64,000 nt of DNA, taken from positions 1 through 64,000 of IMG/VR virus record IMGVR_UViG_3300032287_002972; one strand, written 5' to 3'. Under the pieces are notes generated by a model, which worked only from the letters and a program-made list of their open reading frames with translations, searched no databases and was not told where the DNA came from. Below are positions 41,086 through 51,787 of this stretch, one piece after another; the stretch's first letter is position 1; each line of letters begins with the position of its first letter. Position numbers and translations under genes: made by a program. The stretch comes from a virus.

Positions 41086-42387
41086 TTATTTTAATTTTGA
41101 CATTAAGTCTTTCATTCTCCTAAACTGAGGATTTTCATAAGCTTTTGACTCAGAAAGTACTTGAGTTGAAGAAGAAGTACTAGGACTTGTTCTTAATTTT
41201 TCAACTACAGATTCAGATATTGGTTTTTTATTATCTAAATCATTTTTTAGGTTATTATAAAGATTTTTCGATTCTCTCAATGTTGATACTGAATCAAATT
41301 TCTTTAAAATATCAATTTTTTCTTTTTTAGTTGTGGAATGTTCAGTAAATAAACGAGTTGCATAAGCTAAATTTGCATTAAATACTGCAACTTCATTTAG
41401 TTTATCTTTAAAAAGGATTAATGCTTTTTTATATTCAGCATTTTGTTTTTTTAATTTACTAACTTCTTCATTGATAGCACCTGACGCGAATAATTTTTTA
41501 CTTTTTATTCCTGTTCTATTTGCACCACCTTTGTCTCCGTGTATATTCCATTTAGTTCTTGCTGCTTCATCCACATCACCTTCTGGCGACATCATGTCTT
41601 CGTTATCATCAAGATCTATTTCGTATACTACTTCGTCATCGTTATTAAAATCATCATCCTCATCTATTGGTATATCCATCTCATCATATGAATCGTCATC
41701 TTCGTCTACTGACATATCGTAATCACCGTATGAATCATCATCTTCATCTACTGATAGATCGTATTCACCATATGAATCGTCATCTTCGTCCATATATTCA
41801 TCCATTTCTGATTCGTCTAATTTGATGATATACTCACTATCACCATCTTTAAATTCAATCTGATTGTCGTCTTTTTTCACAATAAACCCATCTTCAGGTT
41901 TCATTGCTTTAAAAATTCTTAAAACTTCTGAAGGACTTGCGTCTGTGGCGTTAAAAACTTCATCATTTGTGTCAGAGTCTCCCATACCCATATCTGGATC
42001 TTCATCATCCACGTCTAGTTCTTCATCATCCATGTCTGGTTCTTCATCATCCATATCGGATTCTTCATCATCCATATCGGATTCTTCATCATCCATATCG
42101 GATTCTTCATCATCCATGTCTGGTTCTTCATCATCCATGTCTGGTTCTTCATCATCCATGTCTTGTTCATCAAGGTCATCATCACCATATGATTCTGGTA
42201 CATCTTTTTTACCTTTCTTAGGAGATTGTTTTAAAACATCCTCCTCTTCTTCCAAAGATTCTTTCAACAAATCATTTAGTTCTTGTTTCATTGTAGAAGC
42301 AAGTATACCTTTTGCGTTTGTTTTTACGGCCTCTTCAAGTGTTTGTATTTGAAGCAATGCTTGTTCTAAAATTGATTTTTCGTTCAT
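41086..42387 (-). CDS. Prohead scaffold/core protein (gp22-like), highly acidic
   Basis: Located between protease and capsid genes; LNEVAVFNANLAY; C-terminal FRRMKDLM. Confidence 0.8.
   Translation of the reverse strand: MNEKSILEQALLQIQTLEEAVKTNAKGILASTMKQELNDLLKESLEEEEDVLKQSPKKGKKDVPESYGDDDLDEQDMDDEEPDMDDEEPDMDDEESDMDDEESDMDDEESDMDDEEPDMDDEELDVDDEDPDMGMGDSDTNDEVFNATDASPSEVLRIFKAMKPEDGFIVKKDDNQIEFKDGDSEYIIKLDESEMDEYMDEDDDSYGEYDLSVDEDDDSYGDYDMSVDEDDDSYDEMDIPIDEDDDFNNDDEVVYEIDLDDNEDMMSPEGDVDEAARTKWNIHGDKGGANRTGIKSKKLFASGAINEEVSKLKKQNAEYKKALILFKDKLNEVAVFNANLAYATRLFTEHSTTKKEKIDILKKFDSVSTLRESKNLYNNLKNDLDNKKPISESVVEKLRTSPSTSSSTQVLSESKAYENPQFRRMKDLMSKLK
41996..42170 (-). repeat. 21-bp coding tandem repeat encoding DMDDEE(P/S), ~8 copies
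   Basis: TCTTCATCATCCAT(G/A)TC(T/G)G(G/A)T units on the + strand. Confidence 0.9.
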
Positions 42388-42466
42388 TTGGAAATTTATT
42401 TCTATATAAATATTGCGTTGTTATAAAAAAATTACTTTTTTAATAACAAAAACCAAAATAAATTAA

Positions 42467-43150
42467 TTATTTATATAAAAAATTGTCTAACTTATTCATT
42501 AAGTTTTTCATTTTATCCACGGACTGTGGTTTTTCCTCAGTTGATTCTTCATAATTATTTCTATCATCCAAATTTTTAAAAATATAAGCACCTGGTGTTG
42601 ATGGAGAAGATACTAAATCAAAACAAACTAATTCAAAATCGTCTTGAACAATATTTTGTCCTTTAATATTTTTTAGAGAACCAACTCCTCTTGATGATAT
42701 ACCTAAAGTTGCACCATTCATTAAAAGCATCGCTGCTTGGTCACCTTTAGTACTAACTATCCCCATTTTTCTCCACCCAGGGGATGTAAATAATTTTATT
42801 TTTCCCATTAAAATTTTCCCATCCCACCATGTTTCAGTTATTGAATGAGATACTCTATCTAAATCGATTAATGAACTTGATGGGTGATTTAATTCATTTA
42901 ACGCACCGCCTTTTCTTATTATGTTTTGATATTTTTCATTTTCTCTTTTTAAAAGAGTTTCTGGATATATCCTACCATTTTTATTCGGTGTGTCAAATTT
43001 TTGTAGTACTGCGTGTAATACCACATCTTCAAAAAAATTACTATCTTTCATTTCAGATATAATTTTTTTATTATCATTTGGTGATATTTGACCCGCATCG
43101 TATTCAATTAAAAGTTTTCTACCGTCCTTGAATGTAAATTCTTTTTCCAT
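42467..43150 (-). CDS. gp21: Prohead core protease (T4 gp21-like)
   Basis: NKNGRIYP, ELNHP, VSH.I, GISSRGVGS, FDLVSSPSTPGA. Confidence 0.95.
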   Translation of the reverse strand: MEKEFTFKDGRKLLIEYDAGQISPNDNKKIISEMKDSNFFEDVVLHAVLQKFDTPNKNGRIYPETLLKRENEKYQNIIRKGGALNELNHPSSSLIDLDRVSHSITETWWDGKILMGKIKLFTSPGWRKMGIVSTKGDQAAMLLMNGATLGISSRGVGSLKNIKGQNIVQDDFELVCFDLVSSPSTPGAYIFKNLDDRNNYEESTEEKPQSVDKMKNLMNKLDNFLYK

Positions 43151-43243
43151 ATTCTAATAAATATTATGTTATATCAATTAAACACATTAATTGATGTTGT
43201 TATTTATATATTTAATTAATAATCTTAATATATAAATATTAAA

Positions 43244-43669
43244 TTATTTCTTTTTATCATGGAAATTAAAAAGAACCTGATTGTTTAGTGTTTCATCGAT
43301 AATAAATTTCGATAAATTAGTAATTATTTCTTTTATTTCTTTGGATTTAAATTCAAATTCTTTATTAACATATAACGTTATTTCTAAGTCCATAAAGGAC
43401 CTTTTATTTGTTTTTATACTACTTGTTTTAATATCCAAATCAACAATAGATTCTTTTTTAAACAATACTGAATTTAAATTAAAAATATGATGTTTTATAT
43501 TTTTACTTATTTTTGAAATAATTTTATTAAATTCATAGTTTTCATTTGTAGGTTGTGTCCAAGAATTTAATTGAATATATATTGTTTTTAAGTTTTTAAA
43601 ATCAACTGTACCATATCCTATTTTTACATTATTATAAGATCCGATTTTTATAAATTTTCCTTTTTTCAT
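43244..43669 (-). CDS. Hypothetical protein (start moved to MKKGK)
   Basis: The longer ORF-track start runs through a terminator hairpin; a GTATATTT element precedes 43669. Confidence 0.7.
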   Translation of the reverse strand: MKKGKFIKIGSYNNVKIGYGTVDFKNLKTIYIQLNSWTQPTNENYEFNKIISKISKNIKHHIFNLNSVLFKKESIVDLDIKTSSIKTNKRSFMDLEITLYVNKEFEFKSKEIKEIITNLSKFIIDETLNNQVLFNFHDKKK

Positions 43670-43731
43670 TAATAATTTTTTTATATAAAAATATACAAAA
43701 TATCTTGGAATATTCAAAACTTTTACAGCAT

Positions 43732-43765
43732 AAAAAAACCTTGAATATTTACATTCAAGGTTTTT
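43732..43765 (-). terminator. Intrinsic terminator after portal operon
   Basis: AAAAAAACCTTGAAT-ATTTAC-ATTCAAGGTTTTT. Confidence 0.85.
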
Positions 43766-43783
43766 CATAATTAATATTTTTTT

Positions 43784-44524
43784 TTAAAACAATCCGTTTT
43801 TTAATTCTACTAATTTATAGTAAGAATGTCTTGATACTTTTGTTTCATTAACTTGTTTCTTAACATCACTAAGTTTTTCCACTAACGAATTATCATTTGA
43901 TTCATTTAAGATATTTTCTATTTTATTATTTAATTCAAATTTTAAATAACTTGTTTCATTAATTAATGTTTCTTCATCCATTGACATGATTTCCTTAAAT
44001 GTCTTTTTCTGTTCTTCATTTAAAAAGTCTCCGTATTTTATATTAAAATTATTAACCAGTACTTTATTTAATAATGAAAAATTCTCAATTTGTACATCTG
44101 AAGGATTATTTTTAATAATTTCTTTTTCTTTCATTAGAAAGTTAATAAAATTTTCTTTTGATTTAAATTTATCATTAATATTGTTTATAGTATGTTCTTC
44201 AGATAAAATATCTAACCATTCATATAGTTCATTTTTTTCAACAACTACGTCCTTTAAAATTTTATTAATTTTTTTACATTCAGAATTTATTGTTTTCATT
44301 TTTTGAATAAAATGGGGTTCCAAGGATTCAACAAACAATCTAGCATTATCTTTTTGTGGAATATACGTTGTTTCCATGTCTTCATAGAATTTATACACTT
44401 CAACCAAATCTTTATTTGATTTTAATTTTTTAATTAAATCTTTCAATTCTTTCTTATTACCAGAATTATAAGATTCTGTTAATTTAATTAATAGTTTTGT
44501 TTTTAATTCACCAAATTTTATCAT
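43784..44524 (-). CDS. Hypothetical protein downstream of portal (head-assembly candidate)
   Basis: ORF coupled to the portal stop; LTES and LNES motifs. Confidence 0.7.
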   Translation of the reverse strand: MIKFGELKTKLLIKLTESYNSGNKKELKDLIKKLKSNKDLVEVYKFYEDMETTYIPQKDNARLFVESLEPHFIQKMKTINSECKKINKILKDVVVEKNELYEWLDILSEEHTINNINDKFKSKENFINFLMKEKEIIKNNPSDVQIENFSLLNKVLVNNFNIKYGDFLNEEQKKTFKEIMSMDEETLINETSYLKFELNNKIENILNESNDNSLVEKLSDVKKQVNETKVSRHSYYKLVELKNGLF

Positions 44525-44525
44525 A

Positions 44526-46343
44526 TTATTCTTCATTTAATATATTTTTTAATTTATTTTCTATTTCATAAATATTCTTTTGTGCTTTATTTATGTCAAA
44601 TAATTTACTTAAATCATCACCATCACCTAACATATTTAATAAATTTCTTTTTTTAGTTGATTCACTTAAAGGTGATGAAGCATCGGATGGTGGTGGTGTT
44701 GACGATGCTGCACCTCCTCCCATATCCATACCACCCATATCACCACCAGCTTCACCTGTTTGTGATTTTTCTAATTTTTCTCTTTCCTCTTCTGGTATAC
44801 CATATTTAGAATCTACATCATCAAACACGCCAGATCTTTTAATGATATTTTGAGTATTAGTTAATTCAAACCCCATTGCTCTTTCGAGTCTTTGTTGTTG
44901 TAAATCTAATAATACTTCACTATCACTCATACCAAGAATATTTTTCTTTGCCCATGTGTGTGAAACCGGCAAAATACCCACTTGTGAGTTATCCGATGTT
45001 GCGTCTTTATATAGTAATATTTTTTCTTTCCATTGTTCTATTCTTAATAAATCAGATTGCGCCGATGGGTTAGTTAATGATAAACTAAAATTATCTAACT
45101 CATCTTCCATTCCAAGAAGATAAAGATGCATTAATGCTATCTTATTTAATTCCTGAACCAATGATTTTTGAATTCTATTTATGGTTCTTGCAAAACGTAT
45201 ATCCATTAAGGCTAATTGTTTTCCATCACCAACAATCTCTTCAAAACCAATAAATGCTTTAGGAATACGAAGTGCCGCTAACATTTTTTTCTGTATATAT
45301 TCAATATCAGCAATTTCACCTAAATTTTGTGCACCTGATAATGTTTCAATTGGACTGGTTTGTGCCGGATCCCTAATTGGAATAAAATAATCTTGGTCTA
45401 CCGCCATTTGATTATATCTCATATCCACTTGACCATTTCTTGAATCAACAATTTGGTCTCTTTTAAATTTATTTGCAACACGTTGTACATATGATTCAAT
45501 ATCTTTATCATCCATATTTCCAACAAATACTTTAAAAACTCTTCTTTCAGGTGCTCTGGTTGTTCTATAAATTAACATAGCATCTTCAGCTAAAAGTAAT
45601 TGTTTCCAAATCCTTCTAATTTTATCCAACATACTGGTACCATAGGGTAATTTTCTATCGTCACCTAGTAATCTAAAATGTGCAATTTCCCATGCTTGAA
45701 ATTCTAATTCTTTATTAGACCATTGAAATCTTAATTCCCTTGTTGGTATTTTATTATCTCTCTGATTCGGTGATTTAGATTCTCTTCCTTCAATTCTTTG
45801 TATTTCAATATTAGGTAATTGTTGACATCCAATAATTCCCTTTTCAGGGTCTATTTTTAGATAAATAAAATTATCCCCATATTTACAAACACCTCTAGCC
45901 CACATTTGTAAATTTGTGTTAATATCTAATCTATTAGTGAATAAATCTTCTAATATTGTTTTCACTCTTGAAGATTCTGAAAATATAGTTAAAATTTCAC
46001 CTTTTTCAGAAAGTGTTGTGGATTCTTCAGCATATATATCTAAAGCTGCTGATATCTCTGGAGTAAACTCCATACTTTCATAATCATAATAAGCCGATAA
46101 TCTATTGGGTTCATAATATACAGATTGATTATATAATGATTGTTCTAATTTTGTCCATTTATCTGCAATATATTGACTTTGTTGTGATTGTAGTAATTTA
46201 TTTTCGTACTCTTCTTTACTATTTGTTTTAAGTATTTCATCTTTTGAAAAATTAAATGACGGAGAATCCTCTGGTTTTAGTTTACCAGAAAATCCAAACA
46301 TTTTAGTTAATCTTTGAAATACTGTTGAATTATTATCTGCCAT
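44526..46343 (-). CDS. gp20: Portal protein (T4 gp20-like)
   Basis: PEISAALDIYAEE, LAEDAMLIYRTTRAPERRVF, DYFIP.R, IETL.GAQNL.EI.DIEY. Confidence 0.96.
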   Translation of the reverse strand: MADNNSTVFQRLTKMFGFSGKLKPEDSPSFNFSKDEILKTNSKEEYENKLLQSQQSQYIADKWTKLEQSLYNQSVYYEPNRLSAYYDYESMEFTPEISAALDIYAEESTTLSEKGEILTIFSESSRVKTILEDLFTNRLDINTNLQMWARGVCKYGDNFIYLKIDPEKGIIGCQQLPNIEIQRIEGRESKSPNQRDNKIPTRELRFQWSNKELEFQAWEIAHFRLLGDDRKLPYGTSMLDKIRRIWKQLLLAEDAMLIYRTTRAPERRVFKVFVGNMDDKDIESYVQRVANKFKRDQIVDSRNGQVDMRYNQMAVDQDYFIPIRDPAQTSPIETLSGAQNLGEIADIEYIQKKMLAALRIPKAFIGFEEIVGDGKQLALMDIRFARTINRIQKSLVQELNKIALMHLYLLGMEDELDNFSLSLTNPSAQSDLLRIEQWKEKILLYKDATSDNSQVGILPVSHTWAKKNILGMSDSEVLLDLQQQRLERAMGFELTNTQNIIKRSGVFDDVDSKYGIPEEEREKLEKSQTGEAGGDMGGMDMGGGAASSTPPPSDASSPLSESTKKRNLLNMLGDGDDLSKLFDINKAQKNIYEIENKLKNILNEE

Positions 46344-46399
46344 GTATATAAATAGTTTATATTAAAATATAGTTAAATATTTTATGATTATAAAGAAGT

Positions 46400-48172
46400 T
46401 TATCGTTTTATTTTGTTAAACAACCAAGAATATTCTTTATAATGGTCTTTAGTTGGTGTATTTATGAAATAATTATTTTCAGAATTATCTAATTGCATTG
46501 CACCAATTGAATCAAGTGCAGTACCGTAAGAATAAAATGATTTTTTTGTTTCATATGTTCTTTCTGATAATGTCCATGATTCTAACATTGCTCTGTCTGC
46601 GTTTTGATTCTTTTCAAGTTGATTAAAACACATATCTGCAGCATAAAGTGCCATAGACATACTCATAATTGAATCATCATGATAACCTTTCATGTGATCT
46701 GGTCTACCGTTTATATAAACAAATGTGCTTAATTCATTTAAAAGTCTTGAAGATCTAACTATAAAACCTTTTCTTAGTTGTTCTTCAAATGATGCAATTA
46801 TTTGTGTTCTTTTATTGTTGAAATTTAATCCTGGTATTTTTTCTAATGCTTTTTTATTATAGTCCCAAACATTTTGAGTATTAACTCCGTCAATGTATAA
46901 ATTTTTATAATTCATTTCTTGTAACTTTCTAGACGTTGCAATACCCATACCACCTGTTATATCAATTACAATAAATGATTCATATAATATTCCCCATTTA
47001 TAACATATTGTTGCTAAATCATCAGGGGGTATTTTACCAATATACTCCGCAACTTGTTCTCTTTCATCAAAATCTATAATATTAATTGATGAGAAATCTT
47101 CACTATCTCCACGACTAACGTCTACACCCATCAAATATCTATGACCCTGAACAGGTTCTTTCCATTGCCAAAAAGTACCTTGCATATATTTCTCTTTGGG
47201 TTCTCTTATACAATTTTTTGAGATATCTTGTTGTACACTTCCAGGAATAACACCATCACCAGAACCTAAAAAATCGGCTTCAAGTTCCTGTGAAATTTTA
47301 CGTCTATCGTATTTAAATTTTTTAGACATAGATTCAAACCATGAAGAAAATGGTTTATAACCCATTTCAAGATATTCATTATATTTTTCTGGTTCAAAAT
47401 CATATAAAATTATTTCATCATCATTATATTCTTCTCTATTTAACATATAATGACATATATCAACACATTTAATCCATCTTAAATCTTTAGAGTATCTGGG
47501 GTCTTTAAACCACCTTAAATCCGTTATATGAAAATCATTCATTCCACGAACAGATTGGTCATATACACCATGATATATTGGGTCAAATCCGTTTGGTGTT
47601 GAAATTAAAATAATTTTTCCACCTGTTGACAAAGACGCCATAGATGCTGCCCAAAAATCTTCACCAGCCTCAATATATGCAGCCTCGTCAAAAATCAAAA
47701 TTGTTGGGGTATAACCACGTAAAGCATCTGCTGATGTTGCGACCGCTTTAACCTCACAACCATTATTTAATCTAAATCTACTTTCTGAATTTTTATCTAC
47801 AGAAAATCCAACATTAATCCATTCTGGCCATTGGTCAATAAAATGACGAATTTTATTTGCCATTTCTATTGCAGTGTCTCGTTTATTTGCAATAACAAGA
47901 ACTCTTTCCGGATTTTCAGGTTTAGCTATTTGTAATCTTCTTGATATCCAAGCCGCGGTAACTGTTGTTACACCTGCTTGTCTATATTTTCTTGTGATAT
48001 TTTCATTATATGTTTCATAATCTTTTATTAACTGAATTTGATCAGGAAATAAATCTAATGGGACATATTTTTTTTGAGTATTATCGTAAGTTGTTAAATA
48101 TGTTTTTAATGCATACGGTGCGTCTTTAACTATACGTACATATTCTTTTAATTGTATTATTTTTTGATCCAT
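46400..48172 (-). CDS. gp17: Terminase large subunit (gp17-like)
   Basis: KYRQAGVTT, IFDEAA, ISTPNG, QELEADFLGSG, GVDVSRG...D.S, HDDSIM. Confidence 0.96.
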   Translation of the reverse strand: MDQKIIQLKEYVRIVKDAPYALKTYLTTYDNTQKKYVPLDLFPDQIQLIKDYETYNENITRKYRQAGVTTVTAAWISRRLQIAKPENPERVLVIANKRDTAIEMANKIRHFIDQWPEWINVGFSVDKNSESRFRLNNGCEVKAVATSADALRGYTPTILIFDEAAYIEAGEDFWAASMASLSTGGKIILISTPNGFDPIYHGVYDQSVRGMNDFHITDLRWFKDPRYSKDLRWIKCVDICHYMLNREEYNDDEIILYDFEPEKYNEYLEMGYKPFSSWFESMSKKFKYDRRKISQELEADFLGSGDGVIPGSVQQDISKNCIREPKEKYMQGTFWQWKEPVQGHRYLMGVDVSRGDSEDFSSINIIDFDEREQVAEYIGKIPPDDLATICYKWGILYESFIVIDITGGMGIATSRKLQEMNYKNLYIDGVNTQNVWDYNKKALEKIPGLNFNNKRTQIIASFEEQLRKGFIVRSSRLLNELSTFVYINGRPDHMKGYHDDSIMSMSMALYAADMCFNQLEKNQNADRAMLESWTLSERTYETKKSFYSYGTALDSIGAMQLDNSENNYFINTPTKDHYKEYSWLFNKIKR

Positions 48173-48184
48173 ATATATAAATAT

Positions 48185-48210
48185 AAAAAAAGGTGAAATT
48201 AATCACCTTT
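48185..48210 (-). terminator. Intrinsic terminator
   Basis: AAAAAAAGGTGA-AATTAA-TCACCTTT. Confidence 0.75.
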
Positions 48211-48233
48211 ATATATATGTTCTACAGTTTTTA

Positions 48234-49529
48234 TTAATTTAAACTAATACCTAAATCGTTTAAAAAATCTGTTAAATCATCCTCATCAGTATCTCTTGAT
48301 ATTTCATCTAACTCATCTCTAAATTGATTCATAGATTTTTTATATTCTTCATTATTAAACATTTTATTTACACTATCCATAATTTGGTCCATCATTATTT
48401 TACCTTTATTTGAACCCAATAAAACTTCCTTTGTGAAAACTAAAAATTCTCTTTCTGATAGTTTAAAAATATTATATAGTAGAAAATTTTGTAATTCTTT
48501 TTTATCTTCATCTATGAGAATTTCTTCAGGAAATTCTTTTCTAATTCTTTCCCATATTGAAGGACCTAATCTTATGTCCCATATTTCTTTTTCTAAAGTA
48601 TCTTCACTAGATTCAATATCATCAAAATCATCTGGTCTACCATCCAACGCAAATAATTCCATTGTTCCTTTAATTAATTCATGAACTAATACTGGAAAAT
48701 TAATTCCTCTAGCAATAACTTTACCTGGATCTCCTTCTTCTTTACCGGATTCAGCACTTTCTTTACCCGCCGATGAACCACTTAAACCTTTTATCGTTTG
48801 GTCGCTTAATTGCCAATAATTTAAATCATTTATTGACATCATAACACCGTATAAATTTATAATATCTGGACGACCGGTAATTTCTTCTAATCTTTCTGAA
48901 ACTGTATGAAACATATAATGACCTTTCTTAGACGCTCCTTGAATCATTGCGTTTACTAGTCTTCTTTTTGCTTTTCCTAAATCTAACTTTTCTACATCGT
49001 TTAAAATTTCTATTTCACTTTCAATATTAACTTGTTCAGGATTTTCTTCATTTGGTTTATCTCTATTAAAATCACTCATATCAATTTCATTCATTCCCAC
49101 GATTTTTGCATCATATTCAATAGCACCTTCGGGTATTGCAAATTCTTTCATCGTTAATTCAATAGCTAACTGTTCCAATTCTTTTCTGTGTCTTCTTTCT
49201 ATGTCCATAATAGTATTATGTGCATTAGCTAACATTTGTTGGAGAGGTAAAACACCTGACATACCTCTTTGTAATGGAGATCTATCACCTAAATACCTTC
49301 TTAAATTTGACACAACTTGTCTATATCTATCTGATGCTAAAACTTCTTGAAAGTTTTTATTTGGTTCTTGACCTGTAATAGGGAATGGAACTTTTCTAAG
49401 TGGTGTATCACCTCTTGATAATTTATCTTGTAAACCTTGGTCAGGTCTATCGTCTGTATAAAAATCCATTGCCATTTCTTTAACTGTATTTTCTATTAAA
49501 GATAATAAATTTTTTTTATTTATTTTCAT
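48234..49529 (-). CDS. Hypothetical protein
   Basis: 431-aa ORF; KRRLVNAMIQG and FPVLVHELIKG motifs; N-terminal LLSLIE tag. Confidence 0.75.
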   Translation of the reverse strand: MKINKKNLLSLIENTVKEMAMDFYTDDRPDQGLQDKLSRGDTPLRKVPFPITGQEPNKNFQEVLASDRYRQVVSNLRRYLGDRSPLQRGMSGVLPLQQMLANAHNTIMDIERRHRKELEQLAIELTMKEFAIPEGAIEYDAKIVGMNEIDMSDFNRDKPNEENPEQVNIESEIEILNDVEKLDLGKAKRRLVNAMIQGASKKGHYMFHTVSERLEEITGRPDIINLYGVMMSINDLNYWQLSDQTIKGLSGSSAGKESAESGKEEGDPGKVIARGINFPVLVHELIKGTMELFALDGRPDDFDDIESSEDTLEKEIWDIRLGPSIWERIRKEFPEEILIDEDKKELQNFLLYNIFKLSEREFLVFTKEVLLGSNKGKIMMDQIMDSVNKMFNNEEYKKSMNQFRDELDEISRDTDEDDLTDFLNDLGISLN

Positions 49530-49535
49530 AATTTT

Positions 49536-50231
49536 TTATTTTAATCCTTTTGGTGATGATTTCTTTTCCTCACCTGGTTTTTTTGGTGATGGTGAATATG
49601 GGGTAGATGGTTTAACTATTGGTTTTTTTGTACCAGGTTTAGTTTTAATATCTGGCTCATTTTCTTTTAATCCTTTTGGTGATGATTTTTGTCCTGGTTT
49701 AGGTGAATATGGGGTAGATGGTTTAACTATTGGTTTTTGAATACCAGGTTTAGTTTTAATATCTGATTCATTTTCTTTCATATCACTTTTGGTGATGGAA
49801 TCATATGTCATGAATTCAGGAACGCCATTATGACCCGTTTTTACATTTGGACCAGTATTAACTTCATTTAGTTTACTTTTAATTAATTTTACAATATCAC
49901 CTTTTGATGTGAAATTATGGAAGTATTTATTTTCAACTAATTTTCCAACCAATCTAGATGACCTATTTTTTAAACCTCTTTTTCTTCTTGATTCGTAAAC
50001 TTCTTCTTCTTCTTCATAATGGTCTTTTTCTCTTAATTCAACATTAAGACCACTTTTTGTTAAATTTTTAATGTCAGGTATTGGTGTTTTTTTTGATGCT
50101 ATCACACTCCCCACTTGTTCATTAACCATAATCTTATTTAAAGATATAAGTTGTTTGTCATTTAACATTGATAATGTTCTTTCTGTAAAACCTTCTTTTA
50201 AAAGTTTTTTTATAATATCTATTCTTTTCAT
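49536..50231 (-). CDS. Hypothetical protein with duplicated Pro/Lys-rich C-terminal unit
   Basis: KENE.DIKTKPG..KPIVKPSTPYSP...KSSPKGL occurs twice. Confidence 0.75.
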   Translation of the reverse strand: MKRIDIIKKLLKEGFTERTLSMLNDKQLISLNKIMVNEQVGSVIASKKTPIPDIKNLTKSGLNVELREKDHYEEEEEVYESRRKRGLKNRSSRLVGKLVENKYFHNFTSKGDIVKLIKSKLNEVNTGPNVKTGHNGVPEFMTYDSITKSDMKENESDIKTKPGIQKPIVKPSTPYSPKPGQKSSPKGLKENEPDIKTKPGTKKPIVKPSTPYSPSPKKPGEEKKSSPKGLK

Positions 50232-50629
50232 AATGTTTCTAATTTTATATTTTTATGTTCTAATGTAAATCCTCTGGATTTTAGTTTTTTTGTTATGGAA
50301 TCAATTGATTCACCAAATCTAAAAAATAATCTATCATTTTCAGAATCTAAATTTAATTTTTCCCAAGCCATTGCGATAATTCCATCGACTGAATCAATTA
50401 CACCAAAGTAATCTGAATTTTGAATCAATTCTAAATTTATATCTGAATCTTTTAATAGACCAACAATATTAATATATTCAACATTAGGTGATTTTATGGA
50501 ACTCGTTGAAGATGCTGGTATATCGAACCATTCTTCCATTTCAATCTCTTCATTTTCACTGAATATAAATTCATATTGTTTTTCACCTTTATAATCCAGT
50601 CCAATTTCATTAACATAAATTAATCTCAT
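50228..50629 (-). CDS. Hypothetical protein
   Basis: ORF coupled to both neighbours; DSVDGIIAMAWE motif. Confidence 0.75.
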   Translation of the reverse strand: MRLIYVNEIGLDYKGEKQYEFIFSENEEIEMEEWFDIPASSTSSIKSPNVEYINIVGLLKDSDINLELIQNSDYFGVIDSVDGIIAMAWEKLNLDSENDRLFFRFGESIDSITKKLKSRGFTLEHKNIKLETL

Positions 50630-51714
50630 TATTTAAAATATTTTCCTAAAGTTGAATTGATACTATTATTTATTTCTTTTTTTATTTCATCTAAATCTAA
50701 TTCTTGAATATCTTCATCATTTGAATCATCTTTCATTGGATTTGTCCCAACAAAACCACTATATTTTGGTTTTTCTTGGTATTGATTTGATGATGGTTCA
50801 ACATCCTCCTCACCAAGATCATCGTATGTACTTAAATCAATTTCATCTGTATGAACTGGTGTGTTTATAAATCTATCTAACTTATCCATTACTTCACTTA
50901 AATCCTCATCTTCAGGTTCTTCTTCAGGTAATTCAGGTTCCTCTAATGGAAGTTCTGGTTCCTCCGATGGGAGTTCAGATTCATTATCCTCTTCTCTGTC
51001 GAATTTTTTCCCAATTTCTTCAATATCTTCTTCATCTAATTTTTCTAGATCTACCGCTGATATAATCATGTTTAATACATATTTTATATCATCACTTTCC
51101 ATTTTTGATTTTTGGTCTCTTAATTCTTGACCAAGTTTCCCTGCAAATTTTTGAACTTCAGCCATATAATCAGATGGTTTATTTCCACCTGTTTCTTCAC
51201 TTCCTGGTTCTTCCATAGGTAATTCAGACCCCATATCAGTTGAATCTTCAGGAGATGGTTCTACCGGCATTTCTGCAGACGGTTCTGCTGGTATTTCAGG
51301 TGATGGCATGGGTTCTGATGGCATAGGTGGAACACCTTCACTTGGGTTAGGTGACATTCCTGTTTCATCTGTTGGTTTTTGTTTTAAGACATATTTTGTT
51401 GCTTCTTGTAAATCTTGTCCGCTAAGTAATTTAAGTCTTTTTAATGCCTCGGAATATGATGAAAATCTATTTTTATTTTTCATAAATAAACCTCCAATAT
51501 AATCTAAAGAACTTTCATTAAGACCTTTTTTTACATAATACCCATCTTTTTCTTTTATAATACCATAAACACCATTATATGATTCACTAATATATTCAGA
51601 TTTTTCATAAACTGGTGTTTTAGGTTTATTTCCGTAATAAGTTAATTCAAGGATACGTTTTAATTTATCGTCACCTTGTAATTTTTCACTTCCTAATGGT
51701 TTTAAATCTCCCAT
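50629..51714 (-). CDS. Acidic Pro/Glu-rich protein (prohead-core-like)
   Basis: KRILELTYY, ISES, LNES and LQEA motifs; long P/E-rich linkers. Confidence 0.72.
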   Translation of the reverse strand: MGDLKPLGSEKLQGDDKLKRILELTYYGNKPKTPVYEKSEYISESYNGVYGIIKEKDGYYVKKGLNESSLDYIGGLFMKNKNRFSSYSEALKRLKLLSGQDLQEATKYVLKQKPTDETGMSPNPSEGVPPMPSEPMPSPEIPAEPSAEMPVEPSPEDSTDMGSELPMEEPGSEETGGNKPSDYMAEVQKFAGKLGQELRDQKSKMESDDIKYVLNMIISAVDLEKLDEEDIEEIGKKFDREEDNESELPSEEPELPLEEPELPEEEPEDEDLSEVMDKLDRFINTPVHTDEIDLSTYDDLGEEDVEPSSNQYQEKPKYSGFVGTNPMKDDSNDEDIQELDLDEIKKEINNSINSTLGKYFK

Positions 51715-51787
51715 GTTTTTTATTATTAATAATTTATTATTCTTAGTATATTATAAATATACATATAAATATAAAAAACAACGTTTT

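Noticed and set aside
43151-43243. Phage-encoded ribosomal protein bS21 near the head genes
   Set aside because: Looked for because some Bacteroidota phages carry it there; no bS21-like ORF was seen here or elsewhere in the window.
43670-43768. N-terminal 33 aa of ORF 43244..43768
   Set aside because: Overlaps a terminator hairpin and promoter-like element; the ATG at 43669 is more plausible.
5374-48183. Canonical T4 late promoter TATAAATA
   Set aside because: The 8-mer lies on the template strand relative to the adjacent genes; the coding-strand motif is TATTTATA for both + and - genes.
48234-49529. Zinc metalloprotease
   Set aside because: Motif is HELIK, lacking the second His of HExxH; support is insufficient.
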